From an uncultured Oscillospiraceae bacterium (GTDB lineage Bacteria > Bacillota > Clostridia > Oscillospirales > Ruminococcaceae): a stretch of 64,000 bases of DNA. Position 1 is the first letter of the stretch. Each line of letters opens with the position of its first letter. Of the stretch, positions 9,957 through 20,953 are shown in pieces. Both the position numbers and the translations under genes were made by a program. The notes below the pieces were generated by a model, which was given only the letters and a program-made list of their open reading frames with translations, was not told where the DNA came from and ran no database searches. The stretch lies in assembly GCA_964370605.1 (NCBI GenBank), contig CAYJJX010000009.1:2558-66557 (forward strand), read 5' to 3'.

Positions 9957-11374
9957 GAGTTTTTTAGTGACTGATACAATTCTTTGTATTTTGTCGCAGA
10001 CGCTTCCCAAGAAAAATCACAATTAAGACACCGGAGCACTAGCTCTTTCCAAGCCTTTTTATCTTCATAGAGTGCCTTTGCCCTCATGCAACAATCATAC
10101 ATCTCATGTGCATTATAGTTGCAGAAGGTATAACCATTGCCTTCGCCGGAGCCATTGTCTACGATGGAATCGTTGAGACCGCCTGTCTCACGCACAATCG
10201 GAACGGTACCGTATCTAGCCGAAATCATCTGTGAAAGACCGCACGGCTCAGATTTTGATGGCATCAAAAACATGTCCGCACCGGCATATATCTTATGAGC
10301 AAGATCCGGCACAAACCCGAGGTAGACGCCGACTTTTCCATAATTTTGTTCTGCCAGATAGTTGAAAAACGCCTCATAATTGCAGTCACCACTGCCGAGT
10401 ATCACGAGTGAACAGCCGTCGTCGATAATTTTTTGCGCCATGTGCTGAACAAGGTCGATTCCTTTATGTGTCACAAGCCTTGTCACCATGGCAACAATGG
10501 GACGTTTTGAGTCGAGATTGAAATAATCGCAAAGTGCTTTTTTGCACGAAGCTTTGCCTTTTACGAATGCTTTTGCACTGTAATTCGCCGCGATGTGCGT
10601 GTCGGTGGCGGGATTATATGTCTCGGTGTCGATGCCGTTCAAGATGCCGGACAGCACATGCTGTCTGCCTTTGAGCACCGGATCGAGCCCATAGGAAAAC
10701 CAGTTGTAAAGGATTTCTTCCGAATAGGTCGGAGAGACGGTGCTGATTCGATCGGAAGTTTCCAGCGCACCCTTCATATAGTTCAGCGCATTGTCATATT
10801 CTAAAATATGTCGCTCCCAATCGCCCATGCCAAGGATTTCACCCAGCAGATTCATTCCAAATTTGCCCTGATATTGAATATTATGGATGGTAAAAAGAGT
10901 TTTAATAGGATCGGTCTTCGGGTTACCGTTGTAGTTGGTGCGAAGCAGGACAGGCACAAGAGCGGTCTGCCAATCGTTGAGGTGCATGACGTCCGGTGCA
11001 AAGTCGATATAAAAAAGCATCTCGACAATCGCTTTGGAGAAGAATGCAAATCGCTCACAGTCATCAAGATAGCCATACAGCCCTTCTTGACGATGAAAAT
11101 AAAATTGGTTATCGAGGAAATAATAGGTGACACTTCCGCGCTTGAGCGTGAAGATTCCGCAGTACTGTCTGCGCCACGCAAGGTCGACATAGAAGTTGCA
11201 AAGATAGGTCAACTCATCTCGGTAACGATCCGCCACAACTCCGTAGAGCGGAAGAACGACTCGACACTCATGTTCTTCGTCATTTATCGCCGACGGTAGG
11301 CTGCCGGAAACGTCACCAAGGCCACCCGAAACGGCAAATGGGTACGCCTCAGACGTACAATACAATATATTCAT
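9953..11374 (-). CDS. glgA: Glycogen synthase
   Basis: 473 aa. N-terminus is MNILYCTSEAYPFAVSGGLGDV. GT5 architecture, last gene of the glg operon. Confidence 0.92.
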   Translation of the reverse strand: MNILYCTSEAYPFAVSGGLGDVSGSLPSAINDEEHECRVVLPLYGVVADRYRDELTYLCNFYVDLAWRRQYCGIFTLKRGSVTYYFLDNQFYFHRQEGLYGYLDDCERFAFFSKAIVEMLFYIDFAPDVMHLNDWQTALVPVLLRTNYNGNPKTDPIKTLFTIHNIQYQGKFGMNLLGEILGMGDWERHILEYDNALNYMKGALETSDRISTVSPTYSEEILYNWFSYGLDPVLKGRQHVLSGILNGIDTETYNPATDTHIAANYSAKAFVKGKASCKKALCDYFNLDSKRPIVAMVTRLVTHKGIDLVQHMAQKIIDDGCSLVILGSGDCNYEAFFNYLAEQNYGKVGVYLGFVPDLAHKIYAGADMFLMPSKSEPCGLSQMISARYGTVPIVRETGGLNDSIVDNGSGEGNGYTFCNYNAHEMYDCCMRAKALYEDKKAWKELVLRCLNCDFSWEASATKYKELYQSLKNS

Positions 11375-11418
11375 AAATCAAAACCCCCTATTTTGTTATG
11401 CCGATTAGATGACGAAAA

Positions 11419-12537
11419 TCAAACTCTCTCGCCCTTTTTAATATAGATAGGATAATTGCCGGAACCTTTAAGGCTCGAGTCTTTTGTGATGACAACCTCC
11501 TTATCGGTGATAACCATGTCCATCTCAACACCAGCTTCCACCACCGTGTCCTGCATCAACACACAGTTGCGCACGACAGCACCTTTTTCAACGCGTACAC
11601 CGCGGAATAAAACGCAGTTTTCCACCGTACCCGCAATAAGCGAGCCGTCCGCTATGATAGAATTTTTTACCTTGCTGTCCACCGTGTACCGAACCGGTGC
11701 ATCGTCACGAATTTTTGTGTATATCGGCTGTTTCGACGGGAAAAGCATCTCCATGTTTCCGGCAGTCAACAATGCCATTGTAGCACGATAGTAGCTTTTT
11801 CGATCGGTGATGAACTCAAGAAAGCCCTTGTACTCATAGCCTTTAATGTTGAGTTTTTCAAGATTTGCGCTCAGTATATCTTTTTCAAAGGAAGTCTTGT
11901 TGCGTATGTGCGCCTGCTTAACAAGATCACAAAGCAACGTACGCTTGACCACATAGATCGACAGCGAGACGTTCCGTTCTTCTTTGCTATAATCATTGCA
12001 AAGCATTTCGGTGCACCGTCCATCAGAGTCAATCTCAAATGTGACATTATCCAGCTCCATCTCGGGTGGGATATTGCGCTTGGCATAGACCACCGAAATA
12101 TCGGCACCGCTGTGACGATGTGCGGAAAATAGTTCGCGATAGTCGATATTTGCAACAATATTGCAGTCGGCCATAACGACAAATTCTTCGTTTGCACGGA
12201 TCAACACGCCCATGATGCTGTTGAGCGCGTCAATCTTGTCGACGTGGAGATGCTGCCCTCCAAAGTAGGGCGGGAATATCTTTATGCCGCCGTTTTTTGA
12301 GGCAAAATCCCATTCACGTCCACTTCCGATGTGATCCATCAGACTGACATAGTTTCGGTTAACGATCATAGAGCAAGGCTCAACTCCTGCGACCGAAAGG
12401 CCGGACAATGGAAAGTCGACCAAGCGATATCTTCCACCGAAAGGAATTGCGGCGGGTGCTCGTCCGGTAGTCAACTCGCCAAGCACCGAATCATGACTGT
12501 TCGGGAACAGTACCCCGATAGCTTTTGAATTTATCAT
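11419..12537 (-). CDS. glgD: Glucose-1-phosphate adenylyltransferase regulatory subunit GlgD
   Basis: 372 aa GlgC paralogue with a degenerate N-terminal nucleotide loop and a left-handed beta-helix C-terminus. Its start overlaps the glgC stop by 4 nt. Confidence 0.85.
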   Translation of the reverse strand: MINSKAIGVLFPNSHDSVLGELTTGRAPAAIPFGGRYRLVDFPLSGLSVAGVEPCSMIVNRNYVSLMDHIGSGREWDFASKNGGIKIFPPYFGGQHLHVDKIDALNSIMGVLIRANEEFVVMADCNIVANIDYRELFSAHRHSGADISVVYAKRNIPPEMELDNVTFEIDSDGRCTEMLCNDYSKEERNVSLSIYVVKRTLLCDLVKQAHIRNKTSFEKDILSANLEKLNIKGYEYKGFLEFITDRKSYYRATMALLTAGNMEMLFPSKQPIYTKIRDDAPVRYTVDSKVKNSIIADGSLIAGTVENCVLFRGVRVEKGAVVRNCVLMQDTVVEAGVEMDMVITDKEVVITKDSSLKGSGNYPIYIKKGERV

Positions 12538-13751
12538 ATGCTTACGACCGCTCCTTTCTCAACATCTTGTTCCACCATAACCTTCGGGCCGATTGTTGCA
12601 CCTTCGCCGATGGTTATTCCCTCACCGAGTACATTAATGCCCCATCCCTCGGTGCTGGTGAGATTTTCCGGTCTCTCGCCGACATGTGCGCCTTTTTTGA
12701 TGACAACGTCTTCTGCCACGATGGAATAGTGCACCTCGGCACCCTCCTCAATGACGGCGCCCGGCATGATAATGCTGTCGCGTACAACCGCACCTTTTCC
12801 AACTTTCACGCCTGCAAAAAGCACCGAAAAATCGACATAGCCGTCCACCTGGCAACCTTCTGTAATCATAGAGTTTTCCACCACTGCATTGTCTAAAATA
12901 TGGTGGGGCGGAAGACCCGGATTTCGAGAATATATGCGCCAGTTCTTATCCCAGACGTCCAGCTCAACATTGGGGTTCAAGAGATCCATATTCGCCTCCC
13001 AGAGGCTCTCGATAGTACCGACATCTTTCCAGTAGTGATCAAACGCATAGGCATACAACCCCTGCGCATCATCCAGCATCATCGGTATGATGTTCTTACC
13101 GAAATCGTTGGATGAACCTTTTTGCAGCTCGTCCTGCTCAAGGTAATGTTTGAGACGCTTCCAGCTAAATATGTACACGCCCATCGAGGCAAGCGTAGAT
13201 TCAGAGTTCTGTGGTTTTTCTTCGAATTTTGTGATTTTTGAATCTTCGTCTACCGTCATGATGCCGAAACGCTTTGTCTCCTCCTGCGAGACATTGAGCA
13301 CGGCTATAGTACAGTCGGCATTTTTTTCTTTGTGGTAGTCCAGCATCTTGGAGTAATCCATCTTATAGATATGGTCGCCCGAAAGAATCAGCACATACTC
13401 CGGATCGTACTTGCTGATAAAGTCTATATTTTGATAGATAGCATTTGCAGTTCCTCTGTACCAGTCGGAGCCGCTCGCCTTTTGATATGGCGACAACACA
13501 TGTACACCTCCGTAGAGTCGATCAAGATTCCACGGTTGACCATTCCCGATATACTCATTGAGCACAAGCGGTTGATACTGTGTGAGTACACCGACAGTGT
13601 CGATACCACTGTTAATACAATTTGATAGAGGGAAGTCGATGATTCGATACTTCCCACCAAACGGTACCGCCGGTTTAGCCAACTTTTTTGTCAATGTGTA
13701 AAGTCTGCTCCCCTGTCCCCCTGCAAGTAGCATGGCAACGCATTCTTTCAC
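12534..13751 (-). CDS. glgC: Glucose-1-phosphate adenylyltransferase
   Basis: 405 aa with [39 protein letters not shown]. Confidence 0.92.
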   Translation of the reverse strand: MKECVAMLLAGGQGSRLYTLTKKLAKPAVPFGGKYRIIDFPLSNCINSGIDTVGVLTQYQPLVLNEYIGNGQPWNLDRLYGGVHVLSPYQKASGSDWYRGTANAIYQNIDFISKYDPEYVLILSGDHIYKMDYSKMLDYHKEKNADCTIAVLNVSQEETKRFGIMTVDEDSKITKFEEKPQNSESTLASMGVYIFSWKRLKHYLEQDELQKGSSNDFGKNIIPMMLDDAQGLYAYAFDHYWKDVGTIESLWEANMDLLNPNVELDVWDKNWRIYSRNPGLPPHHILDNAVVENSMITEGCQVDGYVDFSVLFAGVKVGKGAVVRDSIIMPGAVIEEGAEVHYSIVAEDVVIKKGAHVGERPENLTSTEGWGINVLGEGITIGEGATIGPKVMVEQDVEKGAVVSI

Positions 13752-13769
13752 TTCTTTCCCCTTTCTAAA

Positions 13770-15695
13770 TCATACACCTATCGTTTCGTTTTCTTTTCTT
13801 ATATATATAGTAGATAACGGTGGTACCGTTATCGTAATATAGTGATTATGCCCGTGGGTTAACCCGGGATCACTTATGATATCGCCGACATTCTTTGTGT
13901 CGGTTCCGCCGAAGAGTTCAAGGTCGGAGTTGAATACCTCTCGGTACACTCCCGCTGTCGGAACACCTATACAGTATTTTTCACGCTTCACAGGTGCAAA
14001 ATTCGAGATGCAAATCAACTGTGCATTGTGTTCGTCGTATCTTGAAAATACCGCTACATTCTGTTCGCTGTCGTCTGAAACCACCCAGGCAAACCCGTCC
14101 TGTTTTTTATCCAGTTCAAAGAGTGTCGCGTTACTTGTATAAAAGTTGTTTAAGGCTTTTATGTAGCGTTGCAACTGAATATGACTGTCAAAATCAAGTA
14201 ACATCCAGTTGAGTGACTTATTGGCATCCCATTCGCTGAACTGAGCTATCTCACATCCCATGAAAAGCAGTTTTTTTCCGGGATGCGCCATCATGTAACC
14301 ATAAAGCACACGCAGATGCGAAAACTTGTTGTCATAATCTCCCGGCATCTTGTTGATCATAGAGCATTGACCGTCCATCACATTGTTATGGGTAAACCCC
14401 AATACATAGTTTTCGTCAAATACTCGCGCGGCTCCATTCAACAACCGATAATGATGATTCTTTCTAAAAATCGGGTCATTGGACATGTAATCGAGCAGTT
14501 CGTGTGTCCAATATTCACCGAAGCAAAGGTCAAAACCAAGGCCGCCCCTGATGCTGTCATGAGTTATGTTCGGCCAGTCAGAGTGGTCGTTTGCTATGGT
14601 AAGTACCGGCTCGCTTCTATTGTGCAACTCTTCGTTCAAACGCTGCAGAAAAGCAATGCCTTCAAGATTTTCCACACCACCAAAGTTATTGTGTGCAAAC
14701 TCACCCTCTTTTCGAGCATGATCGAGATGTAGCGTAGGAGAGATATCGCTGATTTTTACGGCATCGATATGATAGACCGTTGTCCAGAATATTGCCGCCG
14801 AAAGCAGAAAGCTTTGTACCTCCGGCTTACCGTAATTGAAAAGTACATTCCCGTTTGATGGATCATATCGCCGTAGCTTATCCGGTTCATCAAACACCCT
14901 ACCACCGTCAAACATGTAAAGACACTCGTCTTCTTTCGGGAAACTAACAAGTGGCAGATCGATCATGACACCTATGTCGGCACAGTGCAAACGGTCGACC
15001 AGATACATGAAGTCATTTGGCGTTCCGAATCGATCATCAGGGGAAAAATAGTTGCGGGTAGTGTAGACCACTTCGTCCTCGTCCGATGTGCGATCTATCG
15101 TTATGAACAACACATGGGTGTACCCCATCTCGTTGACATATGCAACAAGGGTATCGGCAATACTCCGATAGCTGTATATTCCGCCATCCATGTCCCGACG
15201 CCATGAGCCTAGGTGAATTTCATATATATTGATCGGGAAATTGCTGTGAGAAATATCCTGCTTTTCTTTTTGCCAGAAAACATCTTTCCAGCGATAGTTG
15301 AAAGGGTTAATAAAAACCGATGCCGTTTTCTCAAGCCGTCTCCGACTGTGAAAAGCGAACGGGTCTGCTCGATATATTGTCTCGCCATTGGCCGTAACTA
15401 TACAGTATTGATAGCCCACTCCCTGCCAAACATGTGGCACAAAGCACTCAAAAACACCTTGGCCGGTAATCCGGTGCATAACATCTTTGCCAACAGTCCA
15501 GTTGTTAAAATCGCCAACTACCGAAACTTCCCTTGCGTTGGGAGCATACACACGAAAAACAACACCATGCCTCATATTTCGAAAAGAGGCATGAGCACCG
15601 AGGTATTTGTAACTCTCAACATTGTCACCGCAATGAAATTGAGAGGCTATTTCGGCTCCTTTACCGATAAAAAAGTTGAACATTGCAATACCCAT
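13770..15695 (-). CDS. glgB: 1,4-alpha-glucan branching enzyme
   Basis: 641 aa with a GH13 catalytic core (GVMIDLPLVSFP, HLDH...) and an N-terminal CBM48-like region. An alternative start is ATG 15683. Confidence 0.9.
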   Translation of the reverse strand: MGIAMFNFFIGKGAEIASQFHCGDNVESYKYLGAHASFRNMRHGVVFRVYAPNAREVSVVGDFNNWTVGKDVMHRITGQGVFECFVPHVWQGVGYQYCIVTANGETIYRADPFAFHSRRRLEKTASVFINPFNYRWKDVFWQKEKQDISHSNFPINIYEIHLGSWRRDMDGGIYSYRSIADTLVAYVNEMGYTHVLFITIDRTSDEDEVVYTTRNYFSPDDRFGTPNDFMYLVDRLHCADIGVMIDLPLVSFPKEDECLYMFDGGRVFDEPDKLRRYDPSNGNVLFNYGKPEVQSFLLSAAIFWTTVYHIDAVKISDISPTLHLDHARKEGEFAHNNFGGVENLEGIAFLQRLNEELHNRSEPVLTIANDHSDWPNITHDSIRGGLGFDLCFGEYWTHELLDYMSNDPIFRKNHHYRLLNGAARVFDENYVLGFTHNNVMDGQCSMINKMPGDYDNKFSHLRVLYGYMMAHPGKKLLFMGCEIAQFSEWDANKSLNWMLLDFDSHIQLQRYIKALNNFYTSNATLFELDKKQDGFAWVVSDDSEQNVAVFSRYDEHNAQLICISNFAPVKREKYCIGVPTAGVYREVFNSDLELFGGTDTKNVGDIISDPGLTHGHNHYITITVPPLSTIYIRKENETIGV

Positions 15696-15752
15696 ACAAT
15701 CAGTCAGCGGTCAAAACACATATCTTATTATTTGCAACTCTTTCTCTATATA

Positions 15753-15781
15753 ATTTTAAAGGTAATTGTGCAAAATGTCAA
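15753..15781 (-). promoter_or_regulatory. Sigma-A-type promoter for the glg operon (TTGACA-17-TAAAAT)
   Basis: Minus strand reads TTGACAttttgcacaattaccttTAAAAT. Confidence 0.55.
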
Positions 15782-15885
15782 CACCTAATTTCTCGGTTTT
15801 CAACAAAACATTTGTAGTTTAATAACGATTTTTGACACAATATTCGTATATATTTCACAAAATTATTATAATTTACATTTTACTC

Positions 15886-15914
15886 TTTACAAAACGTTTT
15901 TTTTGCACTATAAT
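15886..15914 (+). promoter_or_regulatory. Sigma-A-type promoter for the XRE regulator (TTTACA-17-TATAAT)
   Basis: TTTACAaaacgttttttttgcacTATAAT. Confidence 0.55.
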
Positions 15915-16016
15915 TTACTATGCGTAATAGAATCGGGGTAGTATCTGCTAAATTTTTTCATCGTTTTTTTGCCGAATCTTTATACGCAATTAACCTTGAA
16001 AGGAAAAAAGTAACAT

Positions 16017-16730
16017 ATGACAAGTGATTTCAGCAGAATAATCACACTGCTGAGGAAGGAGAAGGGTGTAACCCAGAAGCTTGCGGCTAAACAATTCGGA
16101 ATTTCACAAGCACTTCTTTCGCACTATGAAAAAGGCATACGTGAGTGTGGCCTCGACTTTGTGGTACGTGCCGCCGATTACTACGGTGTTTCATGCGACT
16201 ACCTTCTCGGGCGCAGCGCTGAGCGTACCGGACGAGCTCTTTCGGTTGACGATATCCCCGATCCGTCCGACGCAAAGGATAGCAACTATCGTGGAAGTGT
16301 GCTCCCTACCCTGAATAAAAAACTCATCTCAAACTCACTCAATATTTTGTTTGATAGGCTAAACGACTGCCCTGACAAGGTATTGGTCAGCGAAATTTCG
16401 ACCTATCTCTCAATTTCGGTATATAAGATTTTTCGTTATATGTACGGCTCAAATCCCAAAAACACCGAAACGCTTTTTTCTATGTCAAAACATGGGTTTG
16501 ACGGATACAGCAGTGCCGCCATGCACATTTGTGAAGGCAACATTCGCGCCATGCTCAAGGGTGAAGACCTTGGAATGGGTGCCAATGTCAAGGATACCTC
16601 AGCTTTTCGCATGACCACTGAACAACTGATGGAAAACTATGCACAGTTTGCGCCCAGCCTTTTTAACCTGATAAAAAATGCTGAGGCTCGACTGGATAGG
16701 TATTGCAAGGACGGCTCGGGGCAGGAATAA
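16017..16730 (+). CDS. XRE-family HTH transcriptional regulator with a C-terminal domain of about 170 aa of unknown function
   Basis: HTH is VTQKLAAKQFGISQALLSHYEKGIRECG. I recognised no motifs in the rest of the protein. Confidence 0.8.
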   Translation: MTSDFSRIITLLRKEKGVTQKLAAKQFGISQALLSHYEKGIRECGLDFVVRAADYYGVSCDYLLGRSAERTGRALSVDDIPDPSDAKDSNYRGSVLPTLNKKLISNSLNILFDRLNDCPDKVLVSEISTYLSISVYKIFRYMYGSNPKNTETLFSMSKHGFDGYSSAAMHICEGNIRAMLKGEDLGMGANVKDTSAFRMTTEQLMENYAQFAPSLFNLIKNAEARLDRYCKDGSGQE

Positions 16731-16881
16731 TCTCAGGCTGTCAAAAACCATGTAAAATCCCTTGAAATGTCGAAAAAATCGACACTCTGATAATCTTTCG
16801 CTTTGAATCCACTTTTTTTCGACAACATTCACAGCACAGCTTCCTTTTTCCCGAATCAAAAGGCATTATACATTTTATAAC

Positions 16882-16928
16882 AAACCCGTCACAAATGGTG
16901 AAAATCATTCGTGACGGTTTGTTTTTTT
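16882..16928 (+). terminator. Intrinsic terminator about 150 nt after the XRE stop
   Basis: AAACCCGTCAC...GTGACGGTTT followed by GTTTTTTT. Confidence 0.65.
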
Positions 16929-16978
16929 GCATTTCCTGCTAAAAAAAGACATCTACTGAATTATTTCGCTGACATATA

Positions 16979-17007
16979 TTTACAAATATGTTAAAATATG
17001 TTAAAAT
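16979..17007 (+). promoter_or_regulatory. Sigma-A-type promoter for abrB (TTTACA-17-TAAAAT)
   Basis: TTTACAaatatgttaaaatatgtTAAAAT. It is embedded in a 10-nt tandem repeat. Confidence 0.5.
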
Positions 17008-17010
17008 ATG
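16986..17010 (+). repeat. Tandem repeat ATATGTTAAA x2.5 inside the abrB promoter
   Basis: Read directly as ATATGTTAAA ATATGTTAAA ATATG. Confidence 0.9.
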
Positions 17011-17052
17011 GATGAAAATAGAAATTCATGCAGAAAGGAATAGGAACAAATT

Positions 17053-17295
17053 ATGAAATCCACAGGAATTGTAAGAAAAATTGACGATCTCGGTCGAGTC
17101 GTTTTGCCGATCGAGCTCCGACGCACTCTCGATCTTGAGGTCGGCTCCAGCATCGAGGTTTTCACCACCGACGAGGGGATCGTACTTAAAAAGTATCAGC
17201 CAACCTGTATCTTTTGTGGCGGCGACAAAAAGCTGAAAAACCACAACGATCGACCCGTTTGTGGGAGTTGCCGAAAAAAGATTTCTACACTGTAA
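17053..17295 (+). CDS. abrB: Transition-state regulator AbrB (SpoVT/AbrB swapped-hairpin domain)
   Basis: MKSTGIVRKIDDLGRVVLPIELRRTLDL, plus the clostridial-type C-terminal CIFCGG...CGSC. Confidence 0.9.
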   Translation: MKSTGIVRKIDDLGRVVLPIELRRTLDLEVGSSIEVFTTDEGIVLKKYQPTCIFCGGDKKLKNHNDRPVCGSCRKKISTL

Positions 17296-17484
17296 CTTTG
17301 TTACTTGAAATCAAACAGTCACAGATCAAGCTATAATTATTTTGTCGAACCAAACAAGAAAAACTCGTTATATTAGAAAAAAGGCTGTTTGTAGCGTATT
17401 TTTGCATAATCTGCTTGCTTTTAGTAAGAATTTGATGTAAAATAAAGTTGACACAACATTTGAATGAAACAGAATAGGAGTGCT

Positions 17485-19254
17485 ATGAAAAATTTTAAAA
17501 TTAAAATGAAATTTATAGTCTGCATGGGAATCATTTTGATCCTTGTGATTCTTTTAGGAGGATTTGCTGTGCTCAGCAGTGAATCAAATCAAAGCAACTT
17601 CACCAATTTCCGCAATGGCTCGTATGTCGTTGCCATGGAAGTGAAAGAAGTTGAAATAAATTTCGAAGAGATCAACAAAAATGTCGCATCACTGTTTCTC
17701 GCCGGCGATGACGATGAATTCGCCGTACTTCTGGGTGATATAGATGCGAGTTATACTCATCTAAATGAACATGTGGCAACGCTACAGGCTATCGAGTCAA
17801 CCCCCGAGTTTGCTGAAAGTCTTGTCGCCCTTGCCGATGCCGTCGTCCAAGAGGCCGCATTAAGATCGGAACTTGTCGCAATGTTCCAATCAGATGATGT
17901 AAACGGAGCATATGTCTACTATGACGACGTCTATGACGAGTATCTCGAAGAAGTCCTCCTCAACATTGTAGCCCTGAACGACACTGTATCTACGGAAGCT
18001 GACGCTGAATTTAACTACATAATCGGCTACCTCAACAGCGGTCTTATGATCCTTGCGATACTGACAGTAGTAGTTCTTGTCGCGCTGGTAGCGGTTGGCT
18101 TTTTGCTTGCAAAATCCGTAACCGGTCCGGTTCAACTTATCAAGTCTTCCATCGAAGCGTTGGCGATAGGCGACTTCCAAAGCGCTAAGGTCGAGTACGA
18201 GGCAAACGACGAATTTGGCGACCTTGTGAAAAACACCTCTCAAACCATAGAGACAATTGAATCAATCATGAACGACGTCACCGGTGGTCTTTCTGAGATT
18301 GCAAACGGAAACTTTGCCGCAAAGAGTGCCAATGATGACATGTATGTCGGTTCTTATGTCAAGCTTCGCGAGTCAATGTATGGCACTATCACCAGAATGA
18401 ACGATACCATCGCGAGAGTCAGCCTTGCAACCGATCAAGTTTCCAACGGTTCGGAACAGGTTTCAACCGGTGCACAATCGCTTGCACAGGGCGCTACCGA
18501 GCAGGCAAGTTCCATTCAAGAACTAGCCGCCACCATCAACGATATTTCACAACAGATTTCGCAAAATGCCGAAAACTCAAACAAGGCAAGTGACATGGCA
18601 GACGATGCCACCGTGTCTATCAACAACAGCAATAACCAGATGCAGAAACTCATGGCATCAATGGAAGAGATCGATGGCAAGTCAAAAGAGATTAACAAAA
18701 TCATCAAAACCATTGAGGACATTGCGTTCCAGACAAATATTCTCGCACTGAATGCTGCTGTCGAAGCAGCAAGAGCAGGAGCGGCCGGCAAAGGCTTTGC
18801 GGTTGTTGCGGACGAGGTTCGCAACCTTGCCGGAAAATCAGCAGGTGCTGCAAAGGATACTACAACACTTATTCAAGGCTCTATCGATGCTATCAACGAA
18901 GGTGTTAAACTTGCTCAGGTTACAGCCGAAGACCTCACCAAGGTTGTCGAAGGCGTGAGCGTTACCACCGACCTGATCCGCGAGATCAACGTCGCCTCCA
19001 ACGAGCAAGCAAATGCCATTTCCCAGATCACAGTCGGTCTTGATCAGATCGCGGCAGTGGTACAGAACAACTCTGCTACCAGCGAAGAAAGTGCCGCTAC
19101 CAGTGAAGAACTTTCCAGCCAAGCATCACTTCTCAAGCAGATCGTATCCGGATTCAATCTGATCGAATCTGCTTCTGCTACCCCCGATATGAATTCTGTC
19201 TACGCCGACAGCGCCCCTATCGACTACGGCTACGACAACAGCGACAAATACTAA
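17485..19254 (+). CDS. Methyl-accepting chemotaxis protein
   Basis: Architecture is TM, sensor of about 170 aa, TM, HAMP. Signalling hairpin is [37 protein letters not shown]. Start trimmed to ATG 17485, behind AGGAG. Confidence 0.9.
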   Translation: MKNFKIKMKFIVCMGIILILVILLGGFAVLSSESNQSNFTNFRNGSYVVAMEVKEVEINFEEINKNVASLFLAGDDDEFAVLLGDIDASYTHLNEHVATLQAIESTPEFAESLVALADAVVQEAALRSELVAMFQSDDVNGAYVYYDDVYDEYLEEVLLNIVALNDTVSTEADAEFNYIIGYLNSGLMILAILTVVVLVALVAVGFLLAKSVTGPVQLIKSSIEALAIGDFQSAKVEYEANDEFGDLVKNTSQTIETIESIMNDVTGGLSEIANGNFAAKSANDDMYVGSYVKLRESMYGTITRMNDTIARVSLATDQVSNGSEQVSTGAQSLAQGATEQASSIQELAATINDISQQISQNAENSNKASDMADDATVSINNSNNQMQKLMASMEEIDGKSKEINKIIKTIEDIAFQTNILALNAAVEAARAGAAGKGFAVVADEVRNLAGKSAGAAKDTTTLIQGSIDAINEGVKLAQVTAEDLTKVVEGVSVTTDLIREINVASNEQANAISQITVGLDQIAAVVQNNSATSEESAATSEELSSQASLLKQIVSGFNLIESASATPDMNSVYADSAPIDYGYDNSDKY

Positions 19255-19272
19255 TACCCCATATAACGTATA

Positions 19273-19316
19273 AAAAGGTTGCGACAGTTCATCACCGGAA
19301 CTGTCGCAACCTTTTT
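19273..19316 (+). terminator. Intrinsic terminator of the MCP gene
   Basis: GGTTGCGACAGTTC-atcaccg-GAACTGTCGCAACC followed by TTTTT. Confidence 0.85.
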
Positions 19317-19547
19317 GCTTGTTTACAATTTACTGTTTGGCACCGCTGCCATTTTGCTTTTAATATCGTTAAACGACATTAAAATTCGTACATGAACAGT
19401 ACCTGAAAAGTTTTAGAGCAGTTTTACTATTTCTGCAAAATCGAATGATGCGCTGTTTTTGTTGCAATTTGTTTTATTGTGAGGTATGATTTATCTAACA
19501 GATATTTAAGTAGCAATCAGATAATCAAGAAAGGAATGGTCATAAAT

Positions 19548-19934
19548 ATGAATAAACGAGCGGAGATGGCGTACTCTTTACGCCAACCTCAAGAACGTCA
19601 TTATAATTGTTGTCAATCGGTATTTATTCCGTTTTGCGATATTTGTGATATAGATGCCGAAACCGCCTATAGGCTAGGTAGCAATTTTGGCGGCGGCATG
19701 CGTATCGGTTCTGTTTGCGGTGCCTTGACCGGCGGTTTGATGGTGCTTGGCAAGTTAGAACGCTCGGAACAGGAAGTTCGGGATTTCATCGGTGATTTCG
19801 AGAAAAAGCACGGATCTGTTCTATGTTCCGAACTACTAAAAAAAGTGAGCGAACAATCACCCAACCCTCAAATGTGCAACGGTCTTGTGGTTGATTGCGT
19901 CGAGGCTATCGAGAGGATTATCGGCGAAAAATAG
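19548..19934 (+). CDS. C_GCAxxG_C_C family protein
   Basis: NCCQSVFIPF and GSVCGALTGGLMVLG motifs plus a C-terminal CNGLVVDC. Start trimmed to ATG 19548. Confidence 0.8.
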   Translation: MNKRAEMAYSLRQPQERHYNCCQSVFIPFCDICDIDAETAYRLGSNFGGGMRIGSVCGALTGGLMVLGKLERSEQEVRDFIGDFEKKHGSVLCSELLKKVSEQSPNPQMCNGLVVDCVEAIERIIGEK

Positions 19935-19981
19935 TGGGGGGGAGTAAAGTTAATTTGCGAAAAAATGAGTTTATACAAAGA

Positions 19982-20009
19982 AGCGGCTCTGAACAAAGTC
20001 AGAGCCGCT
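19982..20009. terminator. Bidirectional hairpin terminator between the C_GCAxxG gene and hflC
   Basis: AGCGGCTCTGA-acaaag-TCAGAGCCGCT, with T-rich tails on both strands. Confidence 0.65.
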
Positions 20010-20024
20010 ATAACTTTTCTTCCC

Positions 20025-20906
20025 CTACTCCGCCGAATAGAATATCTCGGTCAGCGGTGAATCAGGGCCGAGGAACAGCACGTTGTCTGTACGTCCGTTA
20101 AGGCTGAGTTTCGCCGCATCAAGTGAGCGGACAAAGGTGTAAAACTCTGCTTTTGCAGGGTCGTTGTAAAGTGTCGACATGATGGTCATATACTCCGCCT
20201 CGCCCTCGGCGATCAAGGCTTCTGCCTCGGCCTCGGCACTGCTGATCATAACCTGAACTTCACGGTCGGTACTACTGCGAATCATCTGAGCCTCACTCTC
20301 GCCTTCGGCGGTATAGCTGGCAGCAATGTTGCTACGTTCCGATATCATACGCTGATAAACAGCCTCTTTGTTGTCGTCCGGCAGATCGAGACGCTTTGTC
20401 TCTACCGCGGTGATAACTATTCCGTAACCGTCAAGACTGTCACCAATTCCAAGTAGGATGTCGGCGGCGAGTTCGCCGTCACGACCACTGATCACCTCGC
20501 TTTGCGGGCGCGAACTGATTGTGTTTTTCAGACTGTTGTAAACAATGCTTGAGATGCGACTCTCTGCACTGGAGATAGAGCCGTTAAGCGTTTGAATAAA
20601 CATCCTCGGATCTTTAATCTGCCACATGACAAAACTGTCAGCCACCATCGTCTTTTTGTCTTCGGTTATTACGTCCGAGATCGGCAGGTCATAGAGCATA
20701 ATCTTGTTTGGAAGTTTGCTTGTTGTCTGGACAATTGGAATTGCAAAACCAAGGCCGGGGTTGTCATAGATCTCTACCACTTCGCCAAACTGACGAACTA
20801 TTGTGTATTCACCTTCATTGGTAATAATGATACTGTTTAACAACAGCAGAATGAGTACCACTATAACAACAACCGGTATCATTACCTTATTTGTTGATTT
20901 TTTCAT
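20025..20906 (-). CDS. hflC: SPFH/Band-7 protease modulator HflC
   Basis: 293 aa with an N-terminal TM and an SPFH domain, paired with the upstream HflK. Confidence 0.8.
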   Translation of the reverse strand: MKKSTNKVMIPVVVIVVLILLLLNSIIITNEGEYTIVRQFGEVVEIYDNPGLGFAIPIVQTTSKLPNKIMLYDLPISDVITEDKKTMVADSFVMWQIKDPRMFIQTLNGSISSAESRISSIVYNSLKNTISSRPQSEVISGRDGELAADILLGIGDSLDGYGIVITAVETKRLDLPDDNKEAVYQRMISERSNIAASYTAEGESEAQMIRSSTDREVQVMISSAEAEAEALIAEGEAEYMTIMSTLYNDPAKAEFYTFVRSLDAAKLSLNGRTDNVLFLGPDSPLTEIFYSAE

Positions 20907-20953
20907 TTGTAAAGCCTTTCATTTTTTATCGTCTATATCAAAACTGCGGTATT

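Noticed and set aside
13811-13835. GGTGGTACCG, resembling the T-box core, within the palindrome ATAACGG-TGGTA-CCGTTAT.
   Set aside because: It lies inside the 3' end of glgB coding sequence (…ITITVPPLSTIYI…) and on the wrong strand for any downstream gene. No specifier hairpin or terminator is present.
19531-19550. Recurrent GAAAGGAATGG... motif upstream of several genes (19531, 46618, 51388; related copies at 16001, 17034, 47593, 48655, 39897).
   Set aside because: It is the ribosome-binding site, complementary to the extended 16S 3' end (AGAAAGGAGG). The longer apparent spacing arises because pairing uses the 5' part of the extended SD. It is not a dispersed repeat or regulatory element.
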